A DNA stretch of 64,000 bases from Candidatus Thorarchaeota archaeon (GCA_046482545.1 JAWOEX010000022.1:1-64000), one strand, 5' to 3'. Numbered from the stretch's first letter, positions 52,636 to 62,485 are shown. The notes: a model not told the origin generated them from the letters alone. Made by a program: numbers and translations.

Positions 52636-54078
52636 GTGATTGAATTGGCAAACAAAAAAACTGATGGCATTGATGTCTTCTTCAACGCTAGAAATGTTGC
52701 AATCTATGGCGCATCTCAGTCACCTAATAGCGTTGGACAGGCAATAGTCCAGAACTTCATAAAACCGCAGTACACAGGAAAGGTGTACGCTGTTAATCCG
52801 AAGTATGACCAAGTCCTTGGTGTCCCTTGTTATCCAAATCTACAGGAGATACCAAGCCCTGTAGATCTTGTTGTGGTAGCAGTACCGGCCCGAATAGCCC
52901 CCCAGGTTTTCGAGGACATTGCCGAAAAAGGCTCAAAGGCGGCAATCGTGATTTCCGGCGGTTTCTCTGAGACTGGCGAAAAGGGCGCACAATTGGAAGA
53001 TGAAATAGTTGATATTGCACAGGAGCACGACATCCGTATAATTGGCCCTAATTGTGTTGGTGTCATTGATACTCAAACAAATGTGGATACCTTCTTCCTG
53101 CCGGAATACCGTTGCGGCAGACCAAAACCAAGCAACGTGGCAAATATTTCGCTTGTCTCTCAGTCGGGTGCATTTGCGGCTGCCATATCAGATTGGACAT
53201 CAGAATTGGGCCTTGGAATCAGTAAAATCATCAGTCTAGGAAACAAATGTGATGTTGATGACGACGACCTCTTAGCCTATCTCGCTGATGATGATTCAAC
53301 ACAGGTTATCTGTTACTATACTGAAGGCTATGACAAGATGGGAGGTCGTTCATTCTACAGATGCGCAAAGGAGGTTACACCCCACAAGCCAGTAATTATT
53401 TGTAAATCAGGCAGGGGAGAGAAAGCAAAACAAGCTGCTAGTTCTCATACCGGATCGCTTGCTGGATCAGACAACATCGCTGGTGCGGCATACAAGCAAT
53501 CTGGCATAATACGCGCTGACAACTTTGAGTACATGTTTGATATGGCAAAGGGCCTAGCAATGCAACCACCTGCCAAAGGAGATAGAGTTCTCATAGTGAC
53601 TAATGGGGGCGGCTTGGGTGTAATGACCACCGACGCCCTTGAATCGATTGGTTTAGCTATTCCACGGCCATCCCCCGAATTACGAGAAAGATTGAATGAA
53701 AGGTTGCCGGGGTATTGCGCCATAGGGAACCCTATTGATGTTGTCGGAGATTCAGATTCATCCCGCTATGACATTGCCTTCGAGGAGGCCATAGGCAGCG
53801 GGGAATACGATATCATCGTCGTAGGTATGTTACTGCAAACGCCTAGTCTTGGAATGGACATAACCAATGTGATTGCCAATTATCAGCGACAAACAGAATT
53901 TCCATTCGTTGTGGTATCGATGGGTGGTTCATTTACGACGAAAGCTGGCGAGGTTATGGAGCTTATGGGCTGTCCGACATATGCCACAGGAGAAAAAGCA
54001 GCATTAGCTGCCAAAGCACTTGCTCAATTTGGAAAAATCAAATTCAGCGACAAATTCAATGAAACGGTAGATGTCTAA
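52636..54078 (+). CDS. acdA: Acyl-CoA synthetase (ADP-forming) alpha subunit
   Basis: CoA-binding domain, GGFSE, GPNC.G, SQSGA, SLGNK, phospho-His SHTGSLAG, TNGGG, NPIDV. Confidence 0.92.
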   Translation: MIELANKKTDGIDVFFNARNVAIYGASQSPNSVGQAIVQNFIKPQYTGKVYAVNPKYDQVLGVPCYPNLQEIPSPVDLVVVAVPARIAPQVFEDIAEKGSKAAIVISGGFSETGEKGAQLEDEIVDIAQEHDIRIIGPNCVGVIDTQTNVDTFFLPEYRCGRPKPSNVANISLVSQSGAFAAAISDWTSELGLGISKIISLGNKCDVDDDDLLAYLADDDSTQVICYYTEGYDKMGGRSFYRCAKEVTPHKPVIICKSGRGEKAKQAASSHTGSLAGSDNIAGAAYKQSGIIRADNFEYMFDMAKGLAMQPPAKGDRVLIVTNGGGLGVMTTDALESIGLAIPRPSPELRERLNERLPGYCAIGNPIDVVGDSDSSRYDIAFEEAIGSGEYDIIVVGMLLQTPSLGMDITNVIANYQRQTEFPFVVVSMGGSFTTKAGEVMELMGCPTYATGEKAALAAKALAQFGKIKFSDKFNETVDV

Positions 54079-54134
54079 GAAACCATAAATAAGAAGGAAA
54101 TTTGTTCATGACAATGATATAGAGGTCTGATAGA

Positions 54135-54857
54135 TTGAAGATTGCAAAGGAAATATTCAAAACCGCACGCAGAGAAGGCAGGAGCTTTGTTTTGGAGCAT
54201 GAAGCCAAGAAAATCATGCAGGCATATGAGATTCCTGTACCCGAATTCAGTACAGCTGCTACAGCTGACAATGCTATTGAGGAAAGCCAGAAGATAGGAT
54301 ATCCAGTAGTTCTAAAGATTCTATCGAAGGATGTGCTTCACAAGTCTGATGCAGGTGGAGTTAAAATCAATTTGAACAGTGATGACGAGGTCAGAGAGGC
54401 CTTTGACAAGATTATGGAGAATGCTAAGGCTTATGGCGAAGAGCAAGGAGTAGATATAGACCTCAGCAGAGGTGTGTTCATTTCAGACTTCGCAGAAGAA
54501 GGAACTGAGGTAATCATTGGAGTTACAGAAGATCCTCAATTTGGCCATGCTCTGATGTTTGGCCTTGGGGGTATATTTGTGGAGGTTCTCAAGGATGTAA
54601 CCTTCCGATTAATTCCACTGATGGAGGTGGACGCACGCGAGATGGTCAGGGAAATAAAGGCCTCAAAAATTCTTGACGGGGTAAGGGGTGAGCCTCCAAG
54701 AGACGTGGATGCACTGGTTGAAGTGATTATGGCAGTCTCAAAAATGGTAGAAGAGAATCCGGAGATATCTGAGCTAGATTGTAATCCTACTTTCGTGTAT
54801 GAGGCTGGAAAGGGGGCTACAGTGGTCGATGCACGCATTCTAATAGAAAAGGATTAG
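54135..54857 (+). CDS. acdB: Acyl-CoA synthetase (ADP-forming) beta subunit (ATP-grasp)
   Basis: GYPVVLK, HKSDAGGV, DPQFG..MFGLGGIFVE, ELDCNP, VDAR. Confidence 0.92.
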   Translation: MKIAKEIFKTARREGRSFVLEHEAKKIMQAYEIPVPEFSTAATADNAIEESQKIGYPVVLKILSKDVLHKSDAGGVKINLNSDDEVREAFDKIMENAKAYGEEQGVDIDLSRGVFISDFAEEGTEVIIGVTEDPQFGHALMFGLGGIFVEVLKDVTFRLIPLMEVDAREMVREIKASKILDGVRGEPPRDVDALVEVIMAVSKMVEENPEISELDCNPTFVYEAGKGATVVDARILIEKD

Positions 54858-56155
54858 CTGACCTGCTCATTTAGAAGTCGGTCTACCGCTATCAGACCTA
54901 ATTTCAGATTCGAATGTGAGAAAGTATCTGCTTCATCTCTCATTGAGCTAATCGAAAGGAGAAACACAAGTGACAGTAATCTGGGAACTAGTCCTGTATG
55001 CTCAAGCAGGAATTCTCGGTTTCCGGTTGCATCCACAATCAAACCTTCGAGTCTACGGCTGAGCAAGCTCAAATGATGACCTAGCTCTTCTGAGAAGTCC
55101 ATTTCATTGAACAGACGCTCAAACTGGGATGTATTCTTCAAGAATTCTGCTGGCATTCCAGCTTTTTGAAGAAGTGTCATTGCGTTGACAATAGATGTTT
55201 CGTACTCGTTAGAACCCACTCTGGAATGGGCTTGTTTGGCAGTATCAAATTGAACCAGAAAACGTAACGAATTGGTCAAGATGTTTCTTGAAATACTCGG
55301 CATAGTAGAGGATACCTGTGTGAGTAGTTCACTATGTTTATCTTCAAATCTTGCTGCTTGTGAAGACTCAAGACTATCTTCAAATTCGGAGGAAATTTTG
55401 ACTTCTGCCGTCTTTGGCAACCATTCGTTAGTTCCTATTCGTCTTACTGCTGTTAACGCTACAAATTCCTCCTTGCAAATGTGGAACAGGAGGATTCGAA
55501 CTAGGTCATAGGCAATTTCAAAATCCTCTTCGTTGACTCTCGTTTTTCCCTTGCTACGGGCAGAAGCTGCACAGAGAATAGCCCACGAACTGATTACCAT
55601 TCCACAAAGACCCTTGCGGTCCTTGTCAGGAAAATTGTGTTGTCGGAGAAAGCGGGATAGACGCTCGGCAGCTCCATCAATTCTTCCCAGTGCACTACTT
55701 CCCATCTTCACCGAGCCCAGTGATTTTAGGAAATCACGGGGATCTCGTGAAGGCGGGCGGATGATGAAGCTGGGACTTGTCCTATTCATCCGCCACCATT
55801 TGTTGGTCGAAAGAAAATAGTCAAGGACATCTATTGATTGTGTTAAATCCGAGATTGTTGTGCTATCTCTTGTATCAAGATATGCTACTAACTTTGAGCA
55901 AAGAGACAAGAACCGGGATAGATGGGTATGTAATTCCTCACCTGCAAATCGACAATCCGAGAATCGATTAACAAGAGATTCGATTCTCTTGGAAGCTCCT
56001 CTTGAAAGATCACATCTCGCTAAGCCCTGATATACATCTATTGGCTTTCTTGCCAAGACTCCATATCTCCAGTATTCTCTCTTGTACGGGGTAGAAATCA
56101 TTCTCCAAATATAAAAGACTGTGTCATTAGGCCAATGAGAGGAATCAGTGACCAT
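54854..56155 (-). CDS. Hypothetical all-helical protein with internal repeats
   Basis: Long ORF coupled to uppS (probable start ATG 56155 overlapping the end of uppS). Confidence 0.7.
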   Translation of the reverse strand: MVTDSSHWPNDTVFYIWRMISTPYKREYWRYGVLARKPIDVYQGLARCDLSRGASKRIESLVNRFSDCRFAGEELHTHLSRFLSLCSKLVAYLDTRDSTTISDLTQSIDVLDYFLSTNKWWRMNRTSPSFIIRPPSRDPRDFLKSLGSVKMGSSALGRIDGAAERLSRFLRQHNFPDKDRKGLCGMVISSWAILCAASARSKGKTRVNEEDFEIAYDLVRILLFHICKEEFVALTAVRRIGTNEWLPKTAEVKISSEFEDSLESSQAARFEDKHSELLTQVSSTMPSISRNILTNSLRFLVQFDTAKQAHSRVGSNEYETSIVNAMTLLQKAGMPAEFLKNTSQFERLFNEMDFSEELGHHLSLLSRRLEGLIVDATGNREFLLEHTGLVPRLLSLVFLLSISSMRDEADTFSHSNLKLGLIAVDRLLNEQVS

Positions 56156-56921
56156 AACGTCTGGAGCGCTGTTCATAAGATCGGAGAGCACGCCATACAT
56201 CGATACGCCTCACCGCAGGCCAGTAGATTTGCGCAAAATACAGCTCGGAATATGCCGATTGCCAAAGGAGAAAACCAGATAGTCGTTCTTCTCCAGATGT
56301 GCGTATTATCAAATCTGGGTCACGTATGCCATTAGTATAAAGGTGAGTCTCAACAATGCCCTCGTCGATTTCATCAGGTGATAGCCCACCTGATTTGATT
56401 TCACGACCAATCTCTTTCACCGCATCAACAAGTTCTGCTCTACCCGAATAGCCTATGGCAACATTGAGAATGTGCTTGTGGTAATCCTTTGTCTCTTCTT
56501 CCGCCATTTGTATAGCCTCGGCAACTTCTTCGGGCAGCAAGTCGACTCTTCCGATTGCGCGTATCCTGACTTGATGCTTGTGGATGTCGGGATTCCCAAC
56601 TACCTCCGAGAATTTCTCTCGGGCAATCTCCATGATTTCGCTAACTTCCCTTTCAGCCCTCTGAAAATTTTCAAGCGAGAAGGCGTAGATGGTACAGATT
56701 TTGACACCCGATTCCCAGAGAATTTTCAAAACTTCCATTACTTTCTGTGCACCACGCCGGTGACCGTACCATGGCGTGTCAAGCCCATGCTCTCTGGCAT
56801 ACCGCCTGTTTCCATCAAGAATCACACCAACGTGCTCTGGAGCATTTTCCTTGTCCAGCTGGCGATTTAACCACCATTCGTACAATCTATAAACTGGTCC
56901 GGCGATATTCATGCTCGACAC
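56145..56921 (-). CDS. uppS: cis-prenyltransferase (polyprenyl diphosphate synthase)
   Basis: HVGVILDGNRRYA, YAFS.ENF.R, PDLIIRTSGEERLSGFLLWQSAYSELYF, C-terminal RRYG. Confidence 0.96.
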   Translation of the reverse strand: MSSMNIAGPVYRLYEWWLNRQLDKENAPEHVGVILDGNRRYAREHGLDTPWYGHRRGAQKVMEVLKILWESGVKICTIYAFSLENFQRAEREVSEIMEIAREKFSEVVGNPDIHKHQVRIRAIGRVDLLPEEVAEAIQMAEEETKDYHKHILNVAIGYSGRAELVDAVKEIGREIKSGGLSPDEIDEGIVETHLYTNGIRDPDLIIRTSGEERLSGFLLWQSAYSELYFAQIYWPAVRRIDVWRALRSYEQRSRRYGH

Positions 56922-56984
56922 ATATCCTCGTTAATCAAGCCTAAATTGGATGTTAAAAGATTTGATGATGTCGGACTTGTTTCA

Positions 56985-57356
56985 CTAAATCATTGTCGCG
57001 ACTTTCGCAGCAGCCCGTTTCATGTCCAAAAAAACCAGTCCGAGTTTTGCATTGGCAGTAGTAGAAACTGTAAGGCAAGCGTTCATGCCAGCCTGAATTA
57101 CCAGAAGCCACCCATCATCGCCTTTGATATTAACCTGCTCAAGATCCCCCTTTCCTAGCTCAATAGCAGCCTTCTCTCCCAAGGTCAACATTGCGGCTGT
57201 CATCGCAGCGACCTTGGCCTCATCGACATTCGTAGGCAGGGCTGATACTATAGGCAATCCTTCTACACTAACTATTGCACATGCCTGTATCTCAGGAATA
57301 CTACCTTGCAACTCGTTTAGTACGCTTTCCAGCGTTTCACCTCGCGATTCCGCCAT
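56985..57356 (-). CDS. Roadblock/LC7 (MglB-like) protein
   Basis: AIVSVEGLPI, VAAMTAAML.LGE....EL..G.LEQV.IKG..G, LGLVFLDM. Confidence 0.92.
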   Translation of the reverse strand: MAESRGETLESVLNELQGSIPEIQACAIVSVEGLPIVSALPTNVDEAKVAAMTAAMLTLGEKAAIELGKGDLEQVNIKGDDGWLLVIQAGMNACLTVSTTANAKLGLVFLDMKRAAAKVATMI

Positions 57357-57370
57357 CTGTTTTCTCACCT

Positions 57371-57934
57371 TTACTTGTACATACGCTTGAGTATTACCTC
57401 TCGTGCTATAGCTTGGAATGCCCTCTTAACTCCAACGCCTTGTATGGCAATGGTTTCATAGACGGGTATGTTCCCACCTAGCCCCAAAACGTCGAGCATC
57501 TCATCTCGTGACATCCTGTTAGGAAGATCTCTCTTATTGAGCATAATTACAATAGGAACCTCGCGTTGGAGCGCATCCCCCATGAACATTTTCAGCTCCT
57601 CGAAAGATTCCGCATTCTCATCTCTTTGATCTGGTGATGAATCAGCCACAAATAGAATACCATCCGTCCCTTGTAGCACAACCTTCCTCTGATGGCGATG
57701 TCTCTTCTGGCCAGCTACTGTAAATACGTCAAACAGAACCCTGCCTCCTGCACTCATGGGCACATAGTCGAAGAAGAGGGTTCGATTTGTCTCATCTTCA
57801 ATTGAAGTAAAGTCCCCCTTCTGTAGCCCTTCGACTTTACCATATAACCATCTTAATGCTGTAGTCTTTCCACCTAAGCTTGGGCCATAGAATACTATCT
57901 TTAGGTGAATACGGCCTTTATCGTCCTTCCTCAT
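57371..57934 (-). CDS. MglA-type small GTPase
   Basis: KIVFYGPSLGGKTT, RTLFFD, TVAGQ, FVADS, NKRD, ETIA. Confidence 0.92.
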   Translation of the reverse strand: MRKDDKGRIHLKIVFYGPSLGGKTTALRWLYGKVEGLQKGDFTSIEDETNRTLFFDYVPMSAGGRVLFDVFTVAGQKRHRHQRKVVLQGTDGILFVADSSPDQRDENAESFEELKMFMGDALQREVPIVIMLNKRDLPNRMSRDEMLDVLGLGGNIPVYETIAIQGVGVKRAFQAIAREVILKRMYK

Positions 57935-58170
57935 TGCAAACCACCTTTGTATCGGCTACAGTTCCGTAACTGCCGAATTGAGACATGTGAATTCCCAAGT
58001 CTGGGCCATATGGCAGGGAATATGTAGGAGTAATAGTCGTCACATCCTTGAGTGAAAGGAAGATTCCTAGGTTGTATCCCCTAGTACGGGGTCGGCTGCC
58101 GTTAGAGTCTGGCCTAATAAAAGGCTTTGTGGCACACATCGTAAGGCCCTTGCCAATATTGAGGAACTCG

Positions 58171-58644
58171 CTAGACTTTCTCGAGCTCTTCCAAAGCCTG
58201 TTTAAGCCCTTCCTCGTCAAGCTCTTTACTCTTAGCAGGAGTTGTTGTTTCAACTGCCAAGAATTTGTCCAGTTCGTCAGCCAATTCCTTGCCTTGTTTC
58301 TTCATAACAAGCCGGATGAGTCCGATGTTTACTTCAGCTCCGGAAACGACGCTAAGAACACCTTTCCCACAAGCTGATGCAAAAATTTTCCCATCGGAGA
58401 ATTCAGAGGTAACTATCTCCAAGTCACCGATTTGAAGATTCTTACCTTGTTCTTCACTTGCACAGAAAACCGCGCTGGCAATAGCACCAATAGAATCGGT
58501 ATCAACAGGGAAAGGAGCCAACTTGGATACATTGGCAATCGTTAGGCCGGTCTTATCAGTCAAGATGACACGCTTAATCCCTTTATCCTGCCTAATAATC
58601 TCAGTCAAGATTTTGTCGAATTGTTTTGGGTCGCTCATAATCAC
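58171..58644 (-). CDS. Roadblock/LC7 protein with acidic C-terminal extension
   Basis: ILTDKTGLTIA, IGAIASAVF..SEEQG..L.IG.L...SEF..GKIF, NIGLIR. Confidence 0.88.
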   Translation of the reverse strand: MIMSDPKQFDKILTEIIRQDKGIKRVILTDKTGLTIANVSKLAPFPVDTDSIGAIASAVFCASEEQGKNLQIGDLEIVTSEFSDGKIFASACGKGVLSVVSGAEVNIGLIRLVMKKQGKELADELDKFLAVETTTPAKSKELDEEGLKQALEELEKV

Positions 58645-58660
58645 ATTACCCTCTCAAACT

Positions 58661-58954
58661 TTATTTCTTAAGGACTATTAGAATCAAGCCCTCTTTCTCA
58701 TCAGGCGCGATATTAATCTGACCTTTAGATGTGTCAAGTGTAAGGAACGACAGCGAGCCCTCTTTGAGCTCTCGTACTGCGTCCAAAGCTTTACCAACAA
58801 GAGATGTCACAATTGCTGCGATATTCTCAGTTGTTTGAGCGTCGAGATCACTACTCAGGGGTAGTCCTTCCATGCTTGTCACAATCACGCCGCGAACTCC
58901 TTCCTGAGCTTTGAGCTTGGAAAGGATTGATTGTAGTCTTTCTTGGCTTATCAA
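58661..58954 (-). CDS. Roadblock/LC7 protein (DYNLRB-like size)
   Basis: [31 protein letters not shown]. Confidence 0.9.
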   Translation of the reverse strand: MISQERLQSILSKLKAQEGVRGVIVTSMEGLPLSSDLDAQTTENIAAIVTSLVGKALDAVRELKEGSLSFLTLDTSKGQINIAPDEKEGLILIVLKK

Positions 58955-59093
58955 CTTCTGGAATCCCCACTGATGGCAATCATGCTCTTGGCATCTAGTA
59001 GGCCACTTTTGGGTATTTTAGACTTGTGGCAATGTGTTATCTGAAATATGCCCTAATTGCGCAAAAGATACCATAATGTAATGCACTATCTGT

Positions 59094-59551
59094 ATAACCC
59101 ATTTCTTACAGCTGAGTAAACTGCGTGAAACTTCTGTGTTCCACCCTTCCCCTGCCAGCGTCGCCGCTCCTACGGTACCCGTAGGCCCGTGAGTCAGCAG
59201 GGGCTTTGTCCGCGTTCACTGGAATGGGATTCCTCCCGCGGTCCTGGCTTCCTTCTCCTGTCGTCATCCCGGGTCATCACTCCCGGCAACAGCGAGGTCT
59301 TCCACAGTCTTTGCCACGGCGTGGTCATGATCACCCACCTCAGCCTTGTCACCGTAGCTGAGAAGGACCATCTAGACATGGTGAACAGCCGCGGACTCTC
59401 CGGAACCTGATGAAGTTCCTTCAATGGAGAGTGGGGACTTCTGTTTAGTGGAACGGATACACCTCACAGCTTTCGGGGCTGAGCGCTTCTCCCGTTGGGA
59501 GTGGCTCACCGCCCTAATCCTACTGATATTCGGTACTGTAGTCTGTCTAAT
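59094..59551 (-). mobile_element. Dispersed structured element, copy E (full length)
   Basis: Reverse complement aligns end to end with copy D (25620-26079). Confidence 0.93.
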
Positions 59552-59728
59552 GAATTTTTCTTTGGTCACAAAAAGGGCTCGATGAAATCTTACACTTTAC
59601 TGTGCTGATTTACTTAGGACTTTGTAAGATTTACAAAGCTCTTGAACTCCTGAGTTGTTTTTGTTCCTTTCCACCAATCATTTATGCGAGGATTGTTGCA
59701 TACCGGTAGTACAACCGGGGACACGAAC

Positions 59729-60763
59729 ATGGGTACAAAACTCGGATCGATTGTCCAGGCGGAGACACTCTCACTATCGGATTTATCTGGTCGTGAGATT
59801 GCAATAGACGCCTTCAATTCAATATATTCTTTCTTGGCGATAATCCGTCAGCCGGACGGCACTCCTCTCAAAGATCAAAAGGGGAGAGTAACAAGCCATT
59901 TGAGCGGCCTTTTCTACAGGAATATCAACCTACTTGAAAAGGGCATCTACCCTATTTATGTATTTGATGGAGAACCACCTGAGCTCAAGTCTGAAGAAAT
60001 AGAACGCAGAAAAAAGGTCAGAAAAGAAGCTCGGAAAGAATGGAAAAAAGCCAAGGAAGAAGGGCGGATAGAGGATGCTAGAAAGGCCGCCCAAGCAAGC
60101 TCTAAACTCACGGAAGAGATGGTCATCGATAGCGAGGCACTACTGTCTGCCCTAGGCATCCCTCATATACAAGCCCTCTCGGAAGGCGAAGCACTGGCCG
60201 CTCAGCTCGCAAGAGAAGATATGGTCTGGGCAAGTGCAAGCCAAGATAACGATTCCCTTCTCTATGGTTGTCCGCGCATGATACGCAATCTGACCATTTC
60301 AGGTCGCCGAAGATCTTCCTCTTCTACTGGTTATATCACTATCGAGCCTGAACTCATTGATCTTGACCTTAACCTCCGATTACTTGAAATATCCCGTGAG
60401 CAGCTAATAGATATAGCAATCCTAGTTGGTACTGACTACAATGATTCGCCTCCAGGTATTGGCCCCAAGACTGCCTTGAAGCTGGTCAAAGAACACGAAA
60501 ACCTTGAAGGGATAGAATCAGCAACTGATTTTGATTTTGATTTTCCATATGAAAGGATTCGTGGCATATTCTTGAACCCTCCTGTAGTAGAAGTAGAATC
60601 CCCAGAGTGGGTCGACCCAGACTTCGATGGCGTCCGACGGATTCTGTGTGATGCACATGATTTCAGCGAAAAAAGGGTTGATAGTTCCCTTGAGCGGCTC
60701 AAGGCTTCATTAGAAAAAATACGAGATACCACCCGACAAAGTGCTTTAGAAGATTTCTTCTAA
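59729..60763 (+). CDS. fen: Flap endonuclease 1
   Basis: MG start, AIDAFN, IRQPDG.PL, TSHLSGLFYR, VFDG, EGEA, SQD.D, GTDYN, GIGPKTA, PIP box QSALEDFF. Confidence 0.97.
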   Translation: MGTKLGSIVQAETLSLSDLSGREIAIDAFNSIYSFLAIIRQPDGTPLKDQKGRVTSHLSGLFYRNINLLEKGIYPIYVFDGEPPELKSEEIERRKKVRKEARKEWKKAKEEGRIEDARKAAQASSKLTEEMVIDSEALLSALGIPHIQALSEGEALAAQLAREDMVWASASQDNDSLLYGCPRMIRNLTISGRRRSSSSTGYITIEPELIDLDLNLRLLEISREQLIDIAILVGTDYNDSPPGIGPKTALKLVKEHENLEGIESATDFDFDFPYERIRGIFLNPPVVEVESPEWVDPDFDGVRRILCDAHDFSEKRVDSSLERLKASLEKIRDTTRQSALEDFF

Positions 60764-60869
60764 TCAAAGACCAAAAAATCAATCCCATTCACAAACATTC
60801 AAGAACACTCTTCGGATGGACATGATAAATATGGTCTTGCACACACCTAGTTGTACATGGTGAAGCATA

Positions 60870-61577
60870 ATGATGCGTGAAAGAATGACAGCTGTTAGAG
60901 CCTGCGTAAGTGATATAGTCGACGGCAAATATGCGGATGATACCGGTCCCCATGTGGTTTCCCCTCATGGTGTAGAGCTTCGCCGTGTAGTACTACTCGG
61001 TTTTGTTGTCAACAAGTATACTGGTGATGGCAATTTTGCAAGTATAACGATAGATGACGGCACTGAAACTATCAGGGCTAAGGCTTGGGGAACTGAAGCT
61101 GCTTTACTCGAGGAAACCCCTGAAGAAAAGCTTGTGCTAGTTGTTGGCAAAATCCGAGAATATGAAGATGAGACATATGTTGTACCTGAAATAATAGAAG
61201 AAGTCGAAGACTCTAATCTCATGACCCTTCATCTGCTGGAACGATACCAAGCGTTGCTTACACGAACTGGTCTTTCGACATTGGAAACACCGCCGGAGGA
61301 AATATCGGAAACGCAATCAAGACAAGAAGAGACTCTCTCTACTGAAAACACACTTACCTCATACGCACACGAAGAAGACACAGCTGTCACGCTTTCTGAA
61401 CAGATACTTCAGTTCATCCAAAACAGAGCCGGTCAAGAAGGTGTCAAACTAAATGAAGTTGTCGAGCATTTCACAGCCAAGGGTGAGAAGAAATCAGATA
61501 TCACTCTGAAGGTTATCGATTTACAGGATACTCAGAGAATTCGCGAAGTAGAGATTGGCCGATATGTTTCCGTGTGA
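60870..61577 (+). CDS. RPA32-like OB-fold protein with C-terminal winged helix
   Basis: RVVLLGFV, ITIDDGTETI.AKAW, VVGKIREY; C-terminal winged-helix pattern. Confidence 0.8.
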   Translation: MMRERMTAVRACVSDIVDGKYADDTGPHVVSPHGVELRRVVLLGFVVNKYTGDGNFASITIDDGTETIRAKAWGTEAALLEETPEEKLVLVVGKIREYEDETYVVPEIIEEVEDSNLMTLHLLERYQALLTRTGLSTLETPPEEISETQSRQEETLSTENTLTSYAHEEDTAVTLSEQILQFIQNRAGQEGVKLNEVVEHFTAKGEKKSDITLKVIDLQDTQRIREVEIGRYVSV

Positions 61578-61618
61578 GAACAGAAGCTTCAATAAAGGAG
61601 AATGGAGAGAATCGTAGT

Positions 61619-62032
61619 ATGGAAGAATATGATAGCCTGCTGAAAAGAGGACGGTCACAGGTCCCGAAAGATGCATTTGACAAATCTGGTGAACGTTTCC
61701 AAGTGCCGGATGTTCAATTGATAGTCCAAGGTAACAGGACCATTTGGCAGAATTTCCAGGAGATAGTAGACATCCTGAATCGGCCCGGCAAGGAGGTACT
61801 GAAATACGTATCTGGCCAGCTGGCTACTGCAGGGACGATTGAAGGGGGGAATGCTATTTTCAATGGCAAGTTTTACTCACACAACGTGCAAAATGTGCTG
61901 GAGGAGTATATCCAGGACTACGTAATATGCCCTGTTTGTGGCAGGCCTGATACCCACGTGGAGAAAGAGAAGAACGCCTATTACTTGCGTTGTTCAGCAT
62001 GTGGAGCTCGAACATCAATCCGACCTGTATGA
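61619..62032 (+). CDS. eif2b: Translation initiation factor aIF-2 beta
   Basis: Y..LL.R, RF.VP, GNRT..NF, YV.CPVCG.PDT, CSACGA. Confidence 0.95.
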   Translation: MEEYDSLLKRGRSQVPKDAFDKSGERFQVPDVQLIVQGNRTIWQNFQEIVDILNRPGKEVLKYVSGQLATAGTIEGGNAIFNGKFYSHNVQNVLEEYIQDYVICPVCGRPDTHVEKEKNAYYLRCSACGARTSIRPV

Positions 62033-62042
62033 AGGGAGTAAG

Positions 62043-62345
62043 ATGACAGTGAAGGTCTATATGCGGGTTCAAGAGACAATGGAGCACTATCTTGTGGCGA
62101 TGTGCGACAAGGGTTTGCTGAATAAGACATTAGTCAAAGGCGATCTTGAGTTCAAGGTAAATCCCGAATTCTATGGAGACGAGCTGGTGCAAATTGATGA
62201 GTGCCTTGAACACCTTAAGAAGGCCACAATTGTAAACATGGTGGGCAAGACGACTGTGGATGCAGCAATGGAAGCTGGAATGGTTCACAAGAGCGCGGTA
62301 GTTTACATCGAGGGACACCCGCATGCTCAATGGTTGCAGCTCTAA
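62043..62345 (+). CDS. DUF424 family protein
   Basis: LVAMCD..LL, FYG, AT.VN.VG, I.G.PHAQ. Confidence 0.88.
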   Translation: MTVKVYMRVQETMEHYLVAMCDKGLLNKTLVKGDLEFKVNPEFYGDELVQIDECLEHLKKATIVNMVGKTTVDAAMEAGMVHKSAVVYIEGHPHAQWLQL

Positions 62346-62436
62346 AACTAACAATAATAAGCCATTTTTGGAATTCTATCCCCAAGCATGAAAACTCAAA
62401 ATATACAATACTATATATTCTAAGTAGCCGTTTTCA

Positions 62437-62485
62437 ATAATCCGTTTCTTACAGGGTGAATGAACTCAACTTGCCTGAAACTTCT
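62437..62485 (-). mobile_element. Solo 3' terminal hairpin of dispersed element (copy F)
   Basis: Reverse complement AGAAGTTTCAGGCAAGTTGAGTTCATTCACCCTGTAAGAAACGGATTAT closely resembles copy A 18-67. Confidence 0.75.
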
